Assembly: GCA_973895155.1 (NCBI GenBank)
Contig: OZ316895.1
Coordinates: forward strand, 4,715,181-4,779,180
Length of the DNA stretch: 64,000 nucleotides
Direction: 5' to 3'
From: Marsupella aquatica
Taxonomy: Eukaryota; Plantae; Marchantiophyta
The notes below the pieces were generated by a model that saw only the letters and a program-made list of their open reading frames with translations, was not told the origin of the DNA and did no database searches. Both the position numbers and the translations under genes were made by a program. How positions within the stretch are numbered: position 1 is the stretch's first letter; the number at the start of each line of letters is the position of its first letter. Positions 39,501 through 52,479 of this stretch are shown here, one piece after another.

Positions 39501-41229
39501 TGATTCAGATGAGCAACTGATCAATTTGAGGATGGTAAATTTTCTCAGCGCCTTTTCCTCCTGATGGTCAGAGCATGTAGTTTCTGAAAGGAAGATTGAT
39601 TATAGTTTGTGGAGGCTCAAAGGTGTGTCTAAAATTCAATCTTGATTAGTCAGGATTTGTTTTCAAGAAGTGAAACCCCTCTAGAGCAAGCCCCGCAACT
39701 GGCTTGCAGGTGGAGGAATTCCATAATACCACAAGTGCATGTGACACAATACACAAGACGGTATACTCTGGATTTGACTTAGTTCCAAGTGCCATAGTTC
39801 GCCATTTCTGCATTGTCCCCCTCATAGTTAGCTTTCTAGTTTACTGCATTGTTTCTAGTTTACTGCATTGTTTCTAGTTACCATAGCCACGTTCTGGCAG
39901 AGTTAGACTCTAGTCTACTTGCCGGACAGACAGGCATCGTAGATTTCACCACTTCCGCTTTGGATGGCCGAGATTTTCTATAAGATTTTATTTGTTATTA
40001 ATAAAATTCCCAACAACATGCCACAACCAATAAAACCATCATAGTGCTTAGGACAAGCAGATCAAGCACCGTTTCCATCAATCTTGTCTTATCGAGTCTA
40101 TTGAGATATTATTAGACTAAATAGTCTATTAATATCTGGTTGTGGAAAAAAGATCCTTCTTATCTTATCCTACTTGCAATACCCAATGTAGGGTGAGTCA
40201 TGTTTTGGCATTCACCTCTCAGGTCGGTGTTCTTTTCCAGTTGTCTTCATGAGACTTGTTATTTGTTCAGTTCAGGGTCTTTGGTCGTCACCCTTTTTTC
40301 ATAAAAGTAACGGATGGTATTACGAGCTGGAAAAGCTACGATTAGCCACTTGAATAGTAATAAGATATGCCTTGACTCTAAATCGCCATATCTCAAGCCT
40401 ACATTTTGGCTGGTCACCCTACTCAGAATGTACAGTAAAGCCATCCCTGCTGGCACAATAAACAAATAATTAATAAATGTAGACCCAAGTAACAAAATAT
40501 TTTTGGTCCCTGTGAAAATTCCAACGAATGTTGTCAACTAAATATTAGGAAGATTCTAAGTATCTTGGTATAACACACTGACTTTTCACTATGTAGAAAG
40601 TTTTTAATAGTGAACAAATAAAAACTGGAGAAAAACATTCTGGCCTTGAGTTATTTCCTGAGATGAAATGAAAATAATTAAACTTTTGCGCAGGGGATGG
40701 CACTATGGGTATTCCCAGCCTTGTTTTTGGCTGATCAGCCCATTTTCCTATTGTTGGTGACTCTACTGCTTGCCAATTGAGACAGAAATTACTCTATTCA
40801 GATTGTCAACTAAACTACCATACTAAAAAATGGCCATATGCATTGGAAGGGCTCCCTCAACCCCAACTCTGATGCCATGTCAGAGACTCACAAACATAGT
40901 CTAATATCAAATTGTCCAATTCAAATTTTCTGCTGGCAGAGAAGTTATGATCTATGGCTTCATTTTATGGAGTAGGTCATGAATGGTAACTTTTGATAGT
41001 GAATTGTGTTTTACAAGACCTTCTCAAATGATAAAAAGAGTAGTGGGAGAGGAGGAGATGCTTAATTAAGGAAACTTGCATTTGAAAGAGACATAAAATG
41101 TTGAACAAAAAGCTTAAGTAAGGTAAGGAATACTCACCTAGTGTTTTACCTCTAAGTGGTGTGAGAAATTAGTGGTGAGACATGCCATGCAGGAAACAAT
41201 TTTATAAGTTTTCTTAGAATCTTCAAATA

Positions 41230-42480
41230 CGAGCCACTCGGCCTGAAGACCAATTACAAACGTTTATTTTGCAATGACTGACTCACAAACACAAACTTGT
41301 GGTAATGTTCCTTTCCAGTAGTGGACCAGAGAGTTGTGTTTAATTTTGTCCACAAGATGAAAATTTTTAACCAGGGTCGTAATGGGTGTAATGTCCATTC
41401 AAGTACTCGCCATTTTACACCTTGGGACTTTTTCGCAAGGCAGTTCAATTCAACAAACTCCATGGCAATTAAAGGGTCACATAACCCTAGATGCAAACAT
41501 GGTATATTCATTTGTTATCTATGGGTTTCTGGCAGGGCTGAGGCTTGGGCTTGGGCTTCTTCGGGCATGCCTTGTCTTGTGTACATCTGTTGGAGCTGGT
41601 TTATACTGCCTTAAGCTGGGTTGTAAATCTACATTTTCAAGTGCTAAAAACATATTTGTTGGCTATGTAGAGCTGGACACTAAACAGCCTAGATGTGGAA
41701 ACAGGTACTCTCACTAGCCTACTATGAGGTTGTTAAATACCCCCATCAGTTATCATACACCCATATCAGTAAAACTTAGTGGCCTTACCAAACTCAACAT
41801 CACTTCATTTGTCAACTTTTTCTCTCTTGGCAGCCTTGCAAAGCCACTTCTTCACTCAGTGGACTCGCCAAGTGAAAATTTACAGGGAAAATTTGACTGG
41901 GCTAATTGTGGAGTCACTTTTTTCCTTGGCAACCCCATTCCAGTCAACTTGGCAGCCTCACTGAGCAAGAACATTCCACACACAAATGACCCATGGAGAG
42001 ACTGAAACATATTATCGGCGACTGATAAGTGATGGGGTTGCAACACTCCTCACTACCCATATTTTGGACGTAAATCTTACCTCCCTGAAAGTTATCCACC
42101 ACTCTATATAGTAGGCAGTGAACTTAGCTTGTCTAGGGCTATATCAGTACGATACCCTTTGAACTATTGATACCATTGGAAGATTTTAACCAGGACTTGG
42201 ACATGGGAAACAACAGTGAAGTGATTGTCGACTGGAAAACAGAAATCATATCATCTGACCTTGCACATGTATGCCAACTTCTCCCGCTTTATTTGGTCCA
42301 ATCCAGCATTCTACATGTGGGAGTCTCTGGTGGGCTGAAGATGATGGTGGATTGGTCCACTACAAGCAAGGACGCTAGCAATTGGCCCCAATTGTATTGT
42401 TGTTGGCAAATTGCTTTGCTCTGTTTGGAGCAGAGGGACAGCCTCTTCGCCACCAAACCAATTGGTTGGACGAGAGGAAG
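41230..42480 (-). pseudogene. Possible highly decayed LINE ORF2 (3' part) relic
   Basis: Fragmentary Trp-rich translations such as WRVLEWTLHPLRPWLKIFILW resemble the region after the RT domain in L1-like ORF2. There are many stops and no intact motif. Confidence 0.3.
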
Positions 42481-42840
42481 GGAAAGAAACCTTATCTAAT
42501 TGTGTTAAAAGAAGGTTTTCATCAAAAGTTTTAAACTGCTTTAACGTTAGCGTTACACGTTGAATTGGCATTTTACGTACCACTCAGGTGACAGTAATAG
42601 CTCGTCACCCCATTGGATAAGGACAATAAGCGAAACTGTTGAAATGCTACGTACAAGTGTCTACAATCATTGGTCATTTAGGACTACAGGAGCTCCTGTG
42701 GAGCAGTCCATATAAGTAACCAATTTTCTCAAGTATACTAAGGGGGTTAAAACAGTACAATTGTTTGGAAACACATGTTTGCTGGAAAGACTGTGGTCCA
42801 AAGCTTCAACTTCAACTCAAGGGGTTTGAACCAATTTCAA

Positions 42841-42923
42841 GTCGGATAGAGGGACTCGAACTTCCACTAACATTGTGGTCACCAGAACCTAAACTTGGCA
42901 TGTACCAATTCCATCATATCCGC
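42841..42923 (-). pseudogene. trnL: Degenerate organellar-type tRNA-Leu(UAG), probably a mitochondrial insertion (NUMT)
   Basis: The minus strand reads GCGGATATGATGGAATTGGTACATGCCAAGTTTAGGTTCTGGTGACCACAATGTTAGTGGAAGTTCGAGTCCCTCTATCCGAC. It shows an acceptor stem GCGGATA/TATCCG, a D-loop GG, an anticodon loop TTTAGGT (TAG), a long variable arm and a T-loop TTCGAGT. Mismatches in the T and anticodon stems and a shortened D arm indicate decay. Mitochondrial origin is from my recollection of liverwort mitochondrial trnL(UAG), not from a search. Confidence 0.75.
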
Positions 42924-43142
42924 CAACCCCCCCCCTGAAGTTATGCAATCAATCACTAGGTCTCGAATGATAAGAAAATGTGGAAGGTAAAAGCGGAGTT
43001 AAAAAAATAAAATTAGCCACATAATGTTCGACCCAATCTGGGAGAAGGGCAGAAAAAATCTGTCCTGCTGAGAAATGCATCCAGTGACACGGGTGCAAGT
43101 TTGAGGCGGGGTTTCCCATCTGACCACATCGAGGGATTTCCT

Positions 43143-44097
43143 TGATGGGACCCTAAAATAAAATGTGTTATTTGGTAGGACCCTAAAATAAAATGTGTTA
43201 TTTAGTAGGACCCTAAAATAAAATGTGTTATTTGGTAGGACCGGTAAGTGATCCAGACAGTTGACTGACCGTGAATTAACATAGTCACACTTCAGGGGTC
43301 CAAGAAAAGACTTAGCAGTACCCCTCTTGTATCTCCTGGACTTAACCAGACACTTGTGAGTAAGATGTCATCAAGACCTGGGCAAGATAGGCACTCACAG
43401 CCCGGTTTGATGTGACGGGCAACTTGCCGAGTTGCCCGGCACGTAAACTCGTCATTTGCCAGCCTGAATTGTCCTCATTTGACGCATATTCGCTGTTATT
43501 CCCCGGCCCGGCCCGAACTTCTCCCGGCCCGGCCCGGCCCGAACTCTTCCCGGCCTCTTTCCGGACTCGGCCCAGCCCCTCCCCTACCTCTCGTCACCCG
43601 GACCCGGCCCCGGCTTTATGCCCCGGCTTTACATCCCGGCCCGGCTCGGGTGAGGAGGAGGCCCGGCCCGGGTGGAGGGAGGCTTTAGAGTCCGGGGCCG
43701 GGGGCTTTAGGGTCCGGGGCGGGAGGGGTTTAGGGTCCGGGCCGGGGGAGGTTTAGGGTCCGGGGCCGGGAGGGTGAAGGGTCCGGGCCGGGGGGGTTTA
43801 GGGTCCGGGGCCGGGAGGGAAGAGGGTCTGGGAGGGAAGAGGACCGGGAGTTTTACTCAGGCCGGGACCGGAGGATGTACTCGGGCCGGGACCGGATGAT
43901 GCCGACCGGGAGAGTCCGGGTGTCGGCTTGCCGGTTGATGGCCTTAAAACGGCCTATTTTCCGGGCAAGTCCAAACCGGGACTCACAGGGTCCAGTTGAG
44001 TCTTCATGACATCTTGCTGGATTGTTAAGTTTAGGAGATGTCAAAGGAGATGTCAGAGGGGGTTCTGTTAAGTCTTTTCTTGTATGGGGTCCCATCA
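43143..44097. mobile_element. Non-autonomous foldback DNA element (955 bp) with TG...CA TIRs and a 4-bp TSD
   Basis: The termini TGATGGGACCC (43143-43153) and GGGTCCCATCA (44087-44097) are each flanked by TCCT. Subterminal inverted similarity (CAAGAAAAGACTTA.CAG / CTG.TAAGTCTTTTCTTG; AAGATGTCAT.AAGAC) is present, the left core is C-rich and the right core G-rich, and a 30-bp unit x3 lies at 43148-43242. Confidence 0.85.
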
Positions 44098-45989
44098 TCC
44101 TACCATACTACTCATTTCACATATATTACAATAGTGTATACTAGACAGCATTTCATATTTTAAGGAATTGTTGAGCGCTCCCTACTGTCTGCAAAAAAAT
44201 GCATTTCAAATTAGTGCACATTTGTAAGAGTCACCAAAAAAAATTGTTTCTAAGGTATAAGGCTCCTATGATGGAAAGTGAGTGAGAGAGTCTGGAGGGT
44301 AGGTCTACAGCTCACCTAGGCAAATAAACAGTGGCCACACAAAAAGGAGAAAGCAAAGGAAAACTCCAGGAAGATCAAAGAGCACCTAATAAAAGGGAGA
44401 GACAAAAGAAACCACATGAAGGCCAACATACACCCATTTAAAAGGATAAGACAAACCAAAAACCCCAGGTAGACCAAAGAGAATGTGAAGAGAGTCCCCA
44501 ACAAAGGCAAAGGAATTTATTAGGGACCAGTCAGGGAGTAAAGTCAGAGTCACCTGGCCAAGAAAAAGGAAAAAACAGAGAGGGCCATCTGAAGAGGAGT
44601 TCACAGTAAAATTCATATTGAGAAGTAACAATATTTTTGAGTGACAATTACGTTAAAGTTGCCACACCCTCCATCTGGGGCAATATTGAGTGACCAGTGA
44701 CCACTGCTATGTATCAAGAAAGTAACCAAATATATATCACGCTATGGAGCGATGTTCAATTGTAAGATTAAAAGTTCATAGCAATAAGTTCAGACCGGAG
44801 TTGCGAGAGGTTTGAGGTGTAAGCCTCATGTACTTTTGTGTAGCATCGTAACTCCCTTTCCCCAACACAGATTCTCACCTTTTTAACAGGCTCGACTCTA
44901 TTTGGTCATACTTTTCAGGATGAGAATACTTCTGCATAAACAATATAGAGTGACTAATGTCATGTATAAAGAGAGCCATAAAACATATATCTCACTTCCA
45001 AAAACAAAAGGCCCCAATACAGAAGACCCATTAAAAAGGCTACAACAAAGAAAACCCAAGGAAAACCAGAGAATTACTAACCAGTAAGCGAGTGATGTCA
45101 GAGTCACCTGAAGAGTAGTTTCCAGTCTCAAATATACAAAAAAAATTGAACCCTGTGGATGGCCCACAACGGTATATAATCAGGCTGTCATGTAATGGGG
45201 TAATATGAGTGTGGTCGCGGCACTAGATGCTATAGGGTTTCCTGCAAACATTGGGACCTCTTAGGATTCCCGGGTGTTACATGTAGGATCTCACATTTTG
45301 CGCCCGACCAGTTCTTCCAGCAACCTCAACCCATAACACTAGGGGCGTGATCACATGTGAAAATGACCATATTTGACAGGCCCTAGTAAAATTTAAATTT
45401 AAAAGTGACACGGAATGATAGAACAATATTGGATCTCAATTACGTCGAGTTGCCAACACCCTCCATTAATTTGCGACGCTGCGGTTCCCTCGTGAGGGGA
45501 CTCTGGTCCCCCCTTTCCTGCCACTCGTCTTCCGGTCTTTTGGGGGTGAGGCTGGCGTGGGGCCGGGCGAGGTCCTTCGCCTCCTGGCCCTCCCTGACTG
45601 ACTCCCTGAGGCGCAGACAGAATGATCTCGCTTCTGCCCATACGTTTCGGGGCCAACATCTCTGCCGGCGCATCGTGGCCCCACCACACTGGGTCTGGGA
45701 CCCGCCATGTGGTCAGACCCTGCTCCACGTTATCACACTAACACGTGTTTGGGGGCTGCGGGCAGCATGGTAGCCCAAAATTCGGCGTTATCACCCTGTG
45801 CCCGCTGCCCAGCCCGGAAAGGATCGGAGATACCCGGTAAGGGTTTTGGACAAGGCCGGGAGCCCGAGATTCACTCTATATGGAGTGCTGAAGATGCATA
45901 TTAGGTCGTTGGATCCCAAGGCATCTAGTGTAACTGTGGGTTCCTGTCACCATAGTTCAAATGGCCACATCAAGGGCACCCACCAGTGT

Positions 45990-46230
45990 ATTTTTAAGAT
46001 TTTTACTTTCTAGCCAGAGTGGCGAATGTCCGGTGTGTGAAAGAGAAGATGCTCAAAATATTATTTATCTGATTATTTTTCTGGCAATCAGATCTCTCTA
46101 GATTTAAGAATGATCATTAGATTCTGGCTGTTGAAAATGAAAAATACTAGCAAATTCTTGCTAAAAATGGCCAAATCTTTTTGGGAGGGTGGAATTTGGT
46201 GAATTTTTACCACTAAAAAAACAACTCTGG
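45990..46230. repeat. Dispersed MITE-like repeat, copy 1
   Basis: Collinear with 62538-62804 (CCAGAGTGG.GAATGTCC.GTGTGTGAA.GAGAAGATGCTCAAAATATT...TCAGATCTC.CTAGATTT...), with short CCAG...CTGG inverted ends. Confidence 0.75.
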
Positions 46231-47799
46231 CACCCACCTCCTTGCGTGCAGAAGAAAAAGAAAATAATTGAGCATGGTTGGTGATGAACCATGCTTGCAA
46301 TAATTTTAATGCCTGGGTACATGGCCATAGATATCACTCTCCATGTTGACACTGCCAAATTTTCATGTTTATCATGCAGTTTGTGGCTTCTGGTTTGGGT
46401 TCATTTTCTCAAGTTAGGGCCATTTTGAGTTGTCAGTTCTATAGGGTTCAACTAAAATCTGGTTTGTTAGGGGCATGTTCACCAACATTTTTAGGCTAGG
46501 TTCAATTCATTGTTTACTTAGTTTTTGTTGAATCATTGTTGACAGAGACAGAGCACTTCAATCATAGTTGTCATCATATCAGATACAACTAGTGAATTAT
46601 GAGATGCTCCCAACCTACCTTTGCATCCCAACTGTTTACATGTCAATTTAAATACACTAGTTTCTATTACACCTTATATACAATTGTTTACACCGTTACT
46701 TACAACCCCTTTTTGTTGAGAGTTGCATTTCAACAAAAATTAATGCATCTGACAATAGACCATATTTCTAAAAAGTAATCCAAAAACATTTGTAGGGTAT
46801 GAGGGTCCTATAATGAGAAGCGAGTGGGAGAGCTTGTAGGCCCGGTTGTAGGTAGGTGTACTGTTCACCCAGCTACAATGAAAAGTGTGCGCTTAGGGGC
46901 AAGACCCCTTTAGTAGTGACAGTTGTGTTTGAATGAAGGAAGAGGCATAGAGATGTGCAGAAAGATGAGGACACAAAGTACTTGCACCCACCCAAGAGAA
47001 GGGGTATGATGAAAGCCGCTTGAATTTGGAAAGTAGATGAGAAAGAGGGCCGACGCAACATGAAGAAGGGGGGATGAAAGGGTAAGAAAGCAACCTAAAA
47101 GAAAATGGTCTCCCACCCAGTCCCAATGTCTGCATGCTCAAAATCGTTTCCTGCCTTACAACCATGCTAAGAATGTTTTTGTTTTTGTTTGCAAAGGTGG
47201 CAAAGGAGCGGAATGAGTCTTGATGCAGGGTTAACGTGAATGACAGGTTTATGTATAGATACCTTGATCCCAACTCAGAATCTTGATGACTGAAAACCCA
47301 AGGTATATTAAGATCATTGATTTCTCTGAAAAAATGATGTGAGGGACCACAGAGTTTTTGTAAAGGATTGATGTGAAGAATATTGACATGAACATGCCTT
47401 GAAGTGTCTTAGATTTTACTTTCTAGATGTATTTGAGTGGCTGTTACGCCTTCTGCCTATAATATGAATCACTTTGTTGGTGGTTTTTAAATAAAACAAT
47501 TCTCATACTTGATCAGTGCTTGAGTTTTTGTTGCATGCTTCTATTGGCCATCTGCCATTCCGGAGGTTATAATTTCATGTAAGCTCAACTTCTATAAGTT
47601 TACCCGGTGCTGAAACTGACCTAGGGTACGCGAGAGGTCGTCTAGTTCACTCCAGTTGCCAGTACTCCTTACATAAAGAAATGGGCTGTTGCCACAGAGG
47701 CTACCTCCCCAATTCCGTTAAAAAGGATGCTGGCGCCAATGGTGTTGTGTCATCAGGACTCTGTTTTGCAGTGGAAGGTACTGTAATGCCATCCCAGTT

Positions 47800-48420
47800 C
47801 ACCCCGATTTGGACTTGTCGGACAAATAGGGCCTCTGGGGTCCGACAAATGACAAATGTTGCCCCGGTCAATCCCGGCCCGGCCCGACCCGACCCTTCCC
47901 CGACCCATTCCTGACCCGACTCTTCCCCGACCCTTCCCCGACCCTCCTCCCCGGCCCGGCCCCGCCCCCGACCCTGTCTACCCAGTCCCGACCGGCCCAC
48001 CCCGACCCTTCTTCCCCGCCCCGACCCCACGGACCCTTCTCCCCAAGCCCCAACCCTTCTCCCGACCAGCTGATTAATTTCCTTAACCTTCTCCCTGGCC
48101 AGCTTAATTCTTCCCCGACCCTACTCCGGACCCTGACCCTTCTTCCCCGCCCCAACCCCACAGACCCTTCTCCCCGAGCCCCAACCCTTCTCCCAACCAG
48201 CTGATTAAATTCCTTAACCCTTCTCCCCGGCCATCTTAACTCTTCCTCAACCCTGACCCTTCTCCTGACCCCGACCCTTCTTTCCCAAGCCCTGGCCCCG
48301 ACCCCGACCCCTCCCAGCCCCGACCCCAAAACTGGGGGCTGGCTCACTTAACCGGGAGAGTCCGGGACTGGGCCGGGAGGGTTTGGGAGAGTCCGAAACC
48401 AGGGATGGTTCGGGAAATTT
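47800..48420. mobile_element. Related GC-rich element remnant (C-rich low complexity, ~133-bp internal duplication)
   Basis: CCCGATTTGGACTTGTCGGACAAATAGG (~47803) matches the reverse complement of ~43952-43980, and CCGGGAGAGTCCGGG is shared. Internal duplication at ~48002-48110 / ~48135-48240. Termini not identified. Confidence 0.6.
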
Positions 48421-49429
48421 TGGTCCCGATCGAGGAATATAGAAAAATATCTGACAAATGATCCATTTTTGAGCATGTCCAACAAGTCAACCACGTGTCC
48501 CACAGTGAAAACGGGGCAGTTCACAGTTGAATCAGTACAAAAGTGTGACTTTTTTATTAATTGCACTAAAGAAGTCATCATCAACACATTCGTCTCCAAA
48601 TTTTGCTTTAATTTGGAATGTAGTATATTCACTCAAAGTCAGTGTTTACATAAGTGATTAAAATATTGGTAAAACTTGCATTGTAAAACTCTTTAATTAA
48701 AGCTTTCCCAAGCGCTATACAATATTTTCTTCTTTCAGTGTATGTTTTTGTACAATTCTTTATTTTGGCCCCTCATCAGATTAGTAACATATTAATTAGT
48801 TGACACAGAATAAAATCGCAGAGAGTGTGGTGGTACAGGTACCATATAGATTCGTGCCCAGTCCTGATATTAGCGTCAGGAAAGTGGGCAGGGGCCAGGT
48901 GGGTACGAGCTAATCAATGTTAATGACATTGATTAACCTCGATTTTGCTTTTCATCCTTAATATTAATCAACCCCAATTCAACTGTTTCTTCCTTGATAG
49001 ACCCCCTAAGTTGAAATTTTCCCCCAATCGAGTAATCGACCCAGTCTGTCGCACAGATAGTGTATACCTATACCACAACTTTTTCAACTGCTCATGCTAC
49101 TACGCGTCGCGCAAACAAGTCTCGACCAGTTGTTTAAATCAAATTACATCATTCCGAGAATATTCTCGTCAGGGCACGCACGTAAAATCTACACGCCGTC
49201 ACGATCTCCATATAAACTCATCAAGAAGGAACGTTTTAAGTAATTTAAACACTGGAATTTGAATTCGTCTTCATGACGCTGACACTGACAATTACCCGCT
49301 CGAAAGTTAAAAAATGTGGTTTGAAAGCCGTGCTGAGACCGGATAGTCTGATCTGGGCCGTCTAAGAAGCACGGGCTGAAACTTGAAAGTTTCTGGGCCG
49401 TCTCAAAACCCCTGGTCAGCGCTCGTACT

Positions 49430-49715
49430 CGTTTGACCTCGCGGTTGGGTCTTCAAAGGGCGACGGGCAGCGGGCTGCGTTAGACAAAGACTACACTACC
49501 GTAGTGGCGATCTTTGGTCGTCGAAGGGTTTCAGCGCCGGGCAGGGGGCAGCAGTCGACGGGGACTATGCTACGGTCACGTCCACTTGACCTTGGGTCTT
49601 CGAAGGGTTTCAGCGGCGGGCAGGGGGCAGCGGGGTCTAGTGACTAAGACAACCACTAGACTACGGTAGAGACGATCTTGACCTCGGTTGGGTCGTCGTA
49701 GGGTTTCCGCTAGGG
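49430..49715. repeat. Degenerate GC-rich tandem repeats (~70-100 bp, 3-4 copies)
   Basis: Recurring TTGACCT...GGGTC.TCGAAGGGTTTCAGCG.CGGGCAGGGGGCAGC and GACTAC..GGT. Confidence 0.65.
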
Positions 49716-50344
49716 CCACCGAGTTGGAGTGATCATTTTATTAAGTGGCGAAAATTAGCTACATTCCATCTCTCCAAAAAGTTTTCTAGGAAATATAACT
49801 TTGCTAGGTTATCAGTCTCCCAACTAAAGCCAATTTTCACCTACTGTCTTCCCCAAACACAGCTCCATACACTGGTATTTGAATAGAGGACCCTGGGGCA
49901 CTCTATTGGAATAGTGCTCCTGGGGCATTATATTTGAGTTTTGACTATATATTTTTATTTGTTGTATATGAAGTGCATTGTGTTGGGAAATGGACATTGT
50001 GATCAAATATTGTCGTTGTGTTTGAGTATAGACATTGTCATATGATTCATGATTTTTTACCATTTGTGCTCAATGTTGAGCACTTTAGAGTTAAAAATCA
50101 AATACAATGTCTAATATTGGTGTTGTGTTCAAGTTAGAGCCCGTAGCTTGTTCTTACTTTCCAAACACAAGTTTATAAACTAAACCGCCTTCCCTAGACA
50201 TCTATTGTTGTGCATGATTCTTGTCCTAAAACAGGTTATATGAGCGTAAATTTTCAAGAGCAAGATTATAATAATTATATCTGAATGGACTAGAAATGGT
50301 TACCCACAATTAACCTTTGTTCCTTACAAGAGTTACATCTCATA

Positions 50345-50820
50345 ATGCCCTTCATGAATCTTCCCTTTGTATTTTGAGTGCATTTTTGGCGGAGAATTGC
50401 CTGGTCAACATTTAAATACACTCTTTAGAATCTTCTGTTGTCATAAAATAGGTAAAATCAAAAATCTCTTAGGCCTTTAAGTGTGTTAAGGTTCTATTTT
50501 CCAGAGCATTCTGGGCAATAATAGCTACTCAAAACTCAAGCCCAGATTTTTATTCAGGGGCCTCCTATCCCACCATGCCCTGTAAACATGACATTGCTAT
50601 ATACTCAATGCCTTCATGAGTTTTCACTTTGTAGTTTTGGGGCATTCTTGGAGATTCTCCTTTACTTTTACAAAATCTAATGAGAATAAAAATCTCTATG
50701 GCCTTTAGTGGACTAAGGTCCTTTCACCAACACATTATGGGCAATAATAGGCTCTCAAAACCAGAGCTGAAGCTGTAGTTGTTTCTAGGCTTCATATCCA
50801 CAATACCCTATAAACATGTG
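50345..50820. repeat. Diverged tandem duplication, ~250-bp unit x2
   Basis: ATGCC.TTCATGA...AAAATCTCT..GGCCTTTA...TGGGCAATAATAG...CTCAAAAC...CCCT.TAAACATG occurs twice. Confidence 0.65.
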
Positions 50821-51429
50821 AATAGGGCACTGTCTACTATACTGTCTATAGTGTATGACTGCACAATGTAGAAGTGCATTTAGTGGTCAACTGCAGGTCA
50901 GTAGTGTAGTCCCCTAATAACAACATACTCCTCTCTAAATGCACCAAAACATGCACTGTTTTGTCAGTGCAGGTCAACGTCACTTAACAACAAATACATA
51001 AGTGTATTTTTGTCTACAACAGTGCACATGCACTTATCAATTATTGCAATGCATTAGGAGCATTTATTGATAAGTGCAGTGGACAACACGGCAGTTTCAT
51101 GGATTTATCCAGTTGAATTGTGCAATATGAGGGTTGGTGTATGAGTAGTCCGATGCAGAAGTGCATGAGCAATTTCACATGGACTTATTGGAAAGTGCAG
51201 CATGAAAATATGGAGAAGTGCATAAATGATATCCCATGCACTCTTGACGTAGTACATGCCATGGTTAAGTTCAGGTTTGGGGGTATCTTCCCAACAGCTC
51301 CACTTACACACGGTAGACTATATACAGGAGGAATATACTTGATAGATCCCCAAATTGAAAAATGTTACTTGATCGACCCTACTAGGTTTTGGGTACATTG
51401 GTTTAAGGTCCATCAACAGTCCGGAACAC

Positions 51430-52040
51430 TCATGGGGTCTATTAACTAACACTTTTTATTTGAAGGGTCCATCAAGTGTATCTATGTTGTAGAAGTAAAG
51501 CAAACCTAATACTTTTTACCCTAGTAACCAAGATCATTTTCATGGGGTCTATCAACTAACACTTTTCATTTTAGAGGTCCATCAAGTATGTCCTTCCCTT
51601 GTAAGTAAAGCAAACCTAACACTCTTTAACCTAGTGGACCAAGATCACTCATGAGATCTATCAACTAACGCTTTTCATTTTCCAGGTGCATCAAGTATAC
51701 CTCTCCTGTGTGTCAGTAAAGCAAAGCTAAAACTCTTTACCCTGGTAACCAAGATTACTCATGAGATCTATCAACTACTGTAACAGTTTTCGTTTTCAAG
51801 ATCGATCGAGTATGTCTCTGTTGTATAAGTAAACCAAACCTAAAACTCTTTACCCTTGTAACCAAGATCACTCATGAGATCTATCAACTAACACTTCATT
51901 TTGGAGGTCCATCAAGCATAATTATCTCTCCTGTATAAGTAAAGCAAACCTAACACTCGTCACCCTCTGGTAGTAACCAACAGTTTATAGACCAGATCAA
52001 GTAACACTTTCTCATTTTGGAGGGTCCAGTAAATATATTA
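51430..52040. repeat. Minisatellite, ~110-bp unit x5-6, upstream of CHUP1
   Basis: CATG(G/A)G.TCTATCAACTAAC...GGTCCATCAAG...TAAGTAAAGCAAACCTAA.ACTCTTTACCCT.GTAACCAAGATCACT starts at ~51431, 51541, 51650, 51760 and 51873. A detached partial unit lies at ~52342-52395. Confidence 0.9.
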
Positions 52041-52479
52041 TCTCTCTTATATAATCTTATTATAAAAGCGCAATAGAAGTATACTCTTAAGGGCCTAGGG
52101 GCAAGACTCTAGACACTAACTTTTAATACATACAAAAGTGATCATGAGTCTCAATTAAAAAAGTCTTCATATGAAGATGGACAAAAATGATATAGATTCC
52201 AAAAAACAAAACTGAAATGAGGGTGGACAAAAAACAAGATTGGGGCAAAGATTAACGGCGAAACAGCATAGAAATTTTATTGCAAAATTATACTTTTCCA
52301 TATCTATTTAGGTTCAAGAAATAGGGTATAGGGCTAGTATCTAAGTAAAGCAAAAGTGCCACTCTTCACCCTAGTAACCAACGTACTGTAGACCAGGGTT
52401 CCACGATAGCAACTGGCCCTACTGTAGCTCTACACCGTAGGTTTACGAACGCACTCTTCTGTGGTCACGCGCGTTTTTC

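Noticed and set aside
43684-43803. Interstitial telomere array
   Set aside because: The TTTAGGG units are single and separated by ~15-nt GC spacers inside a TIR element, so this is not a contiguous telomeric tract.
43412-48347. Pro/Gly/Arg-rich ORFs (43412-43756, 45399-45773, 47701-48030, 47868-48347)
   Set aside because: They are open only because GC-rich low-complexity repeats lack stop codons, and no domain is recognisable.
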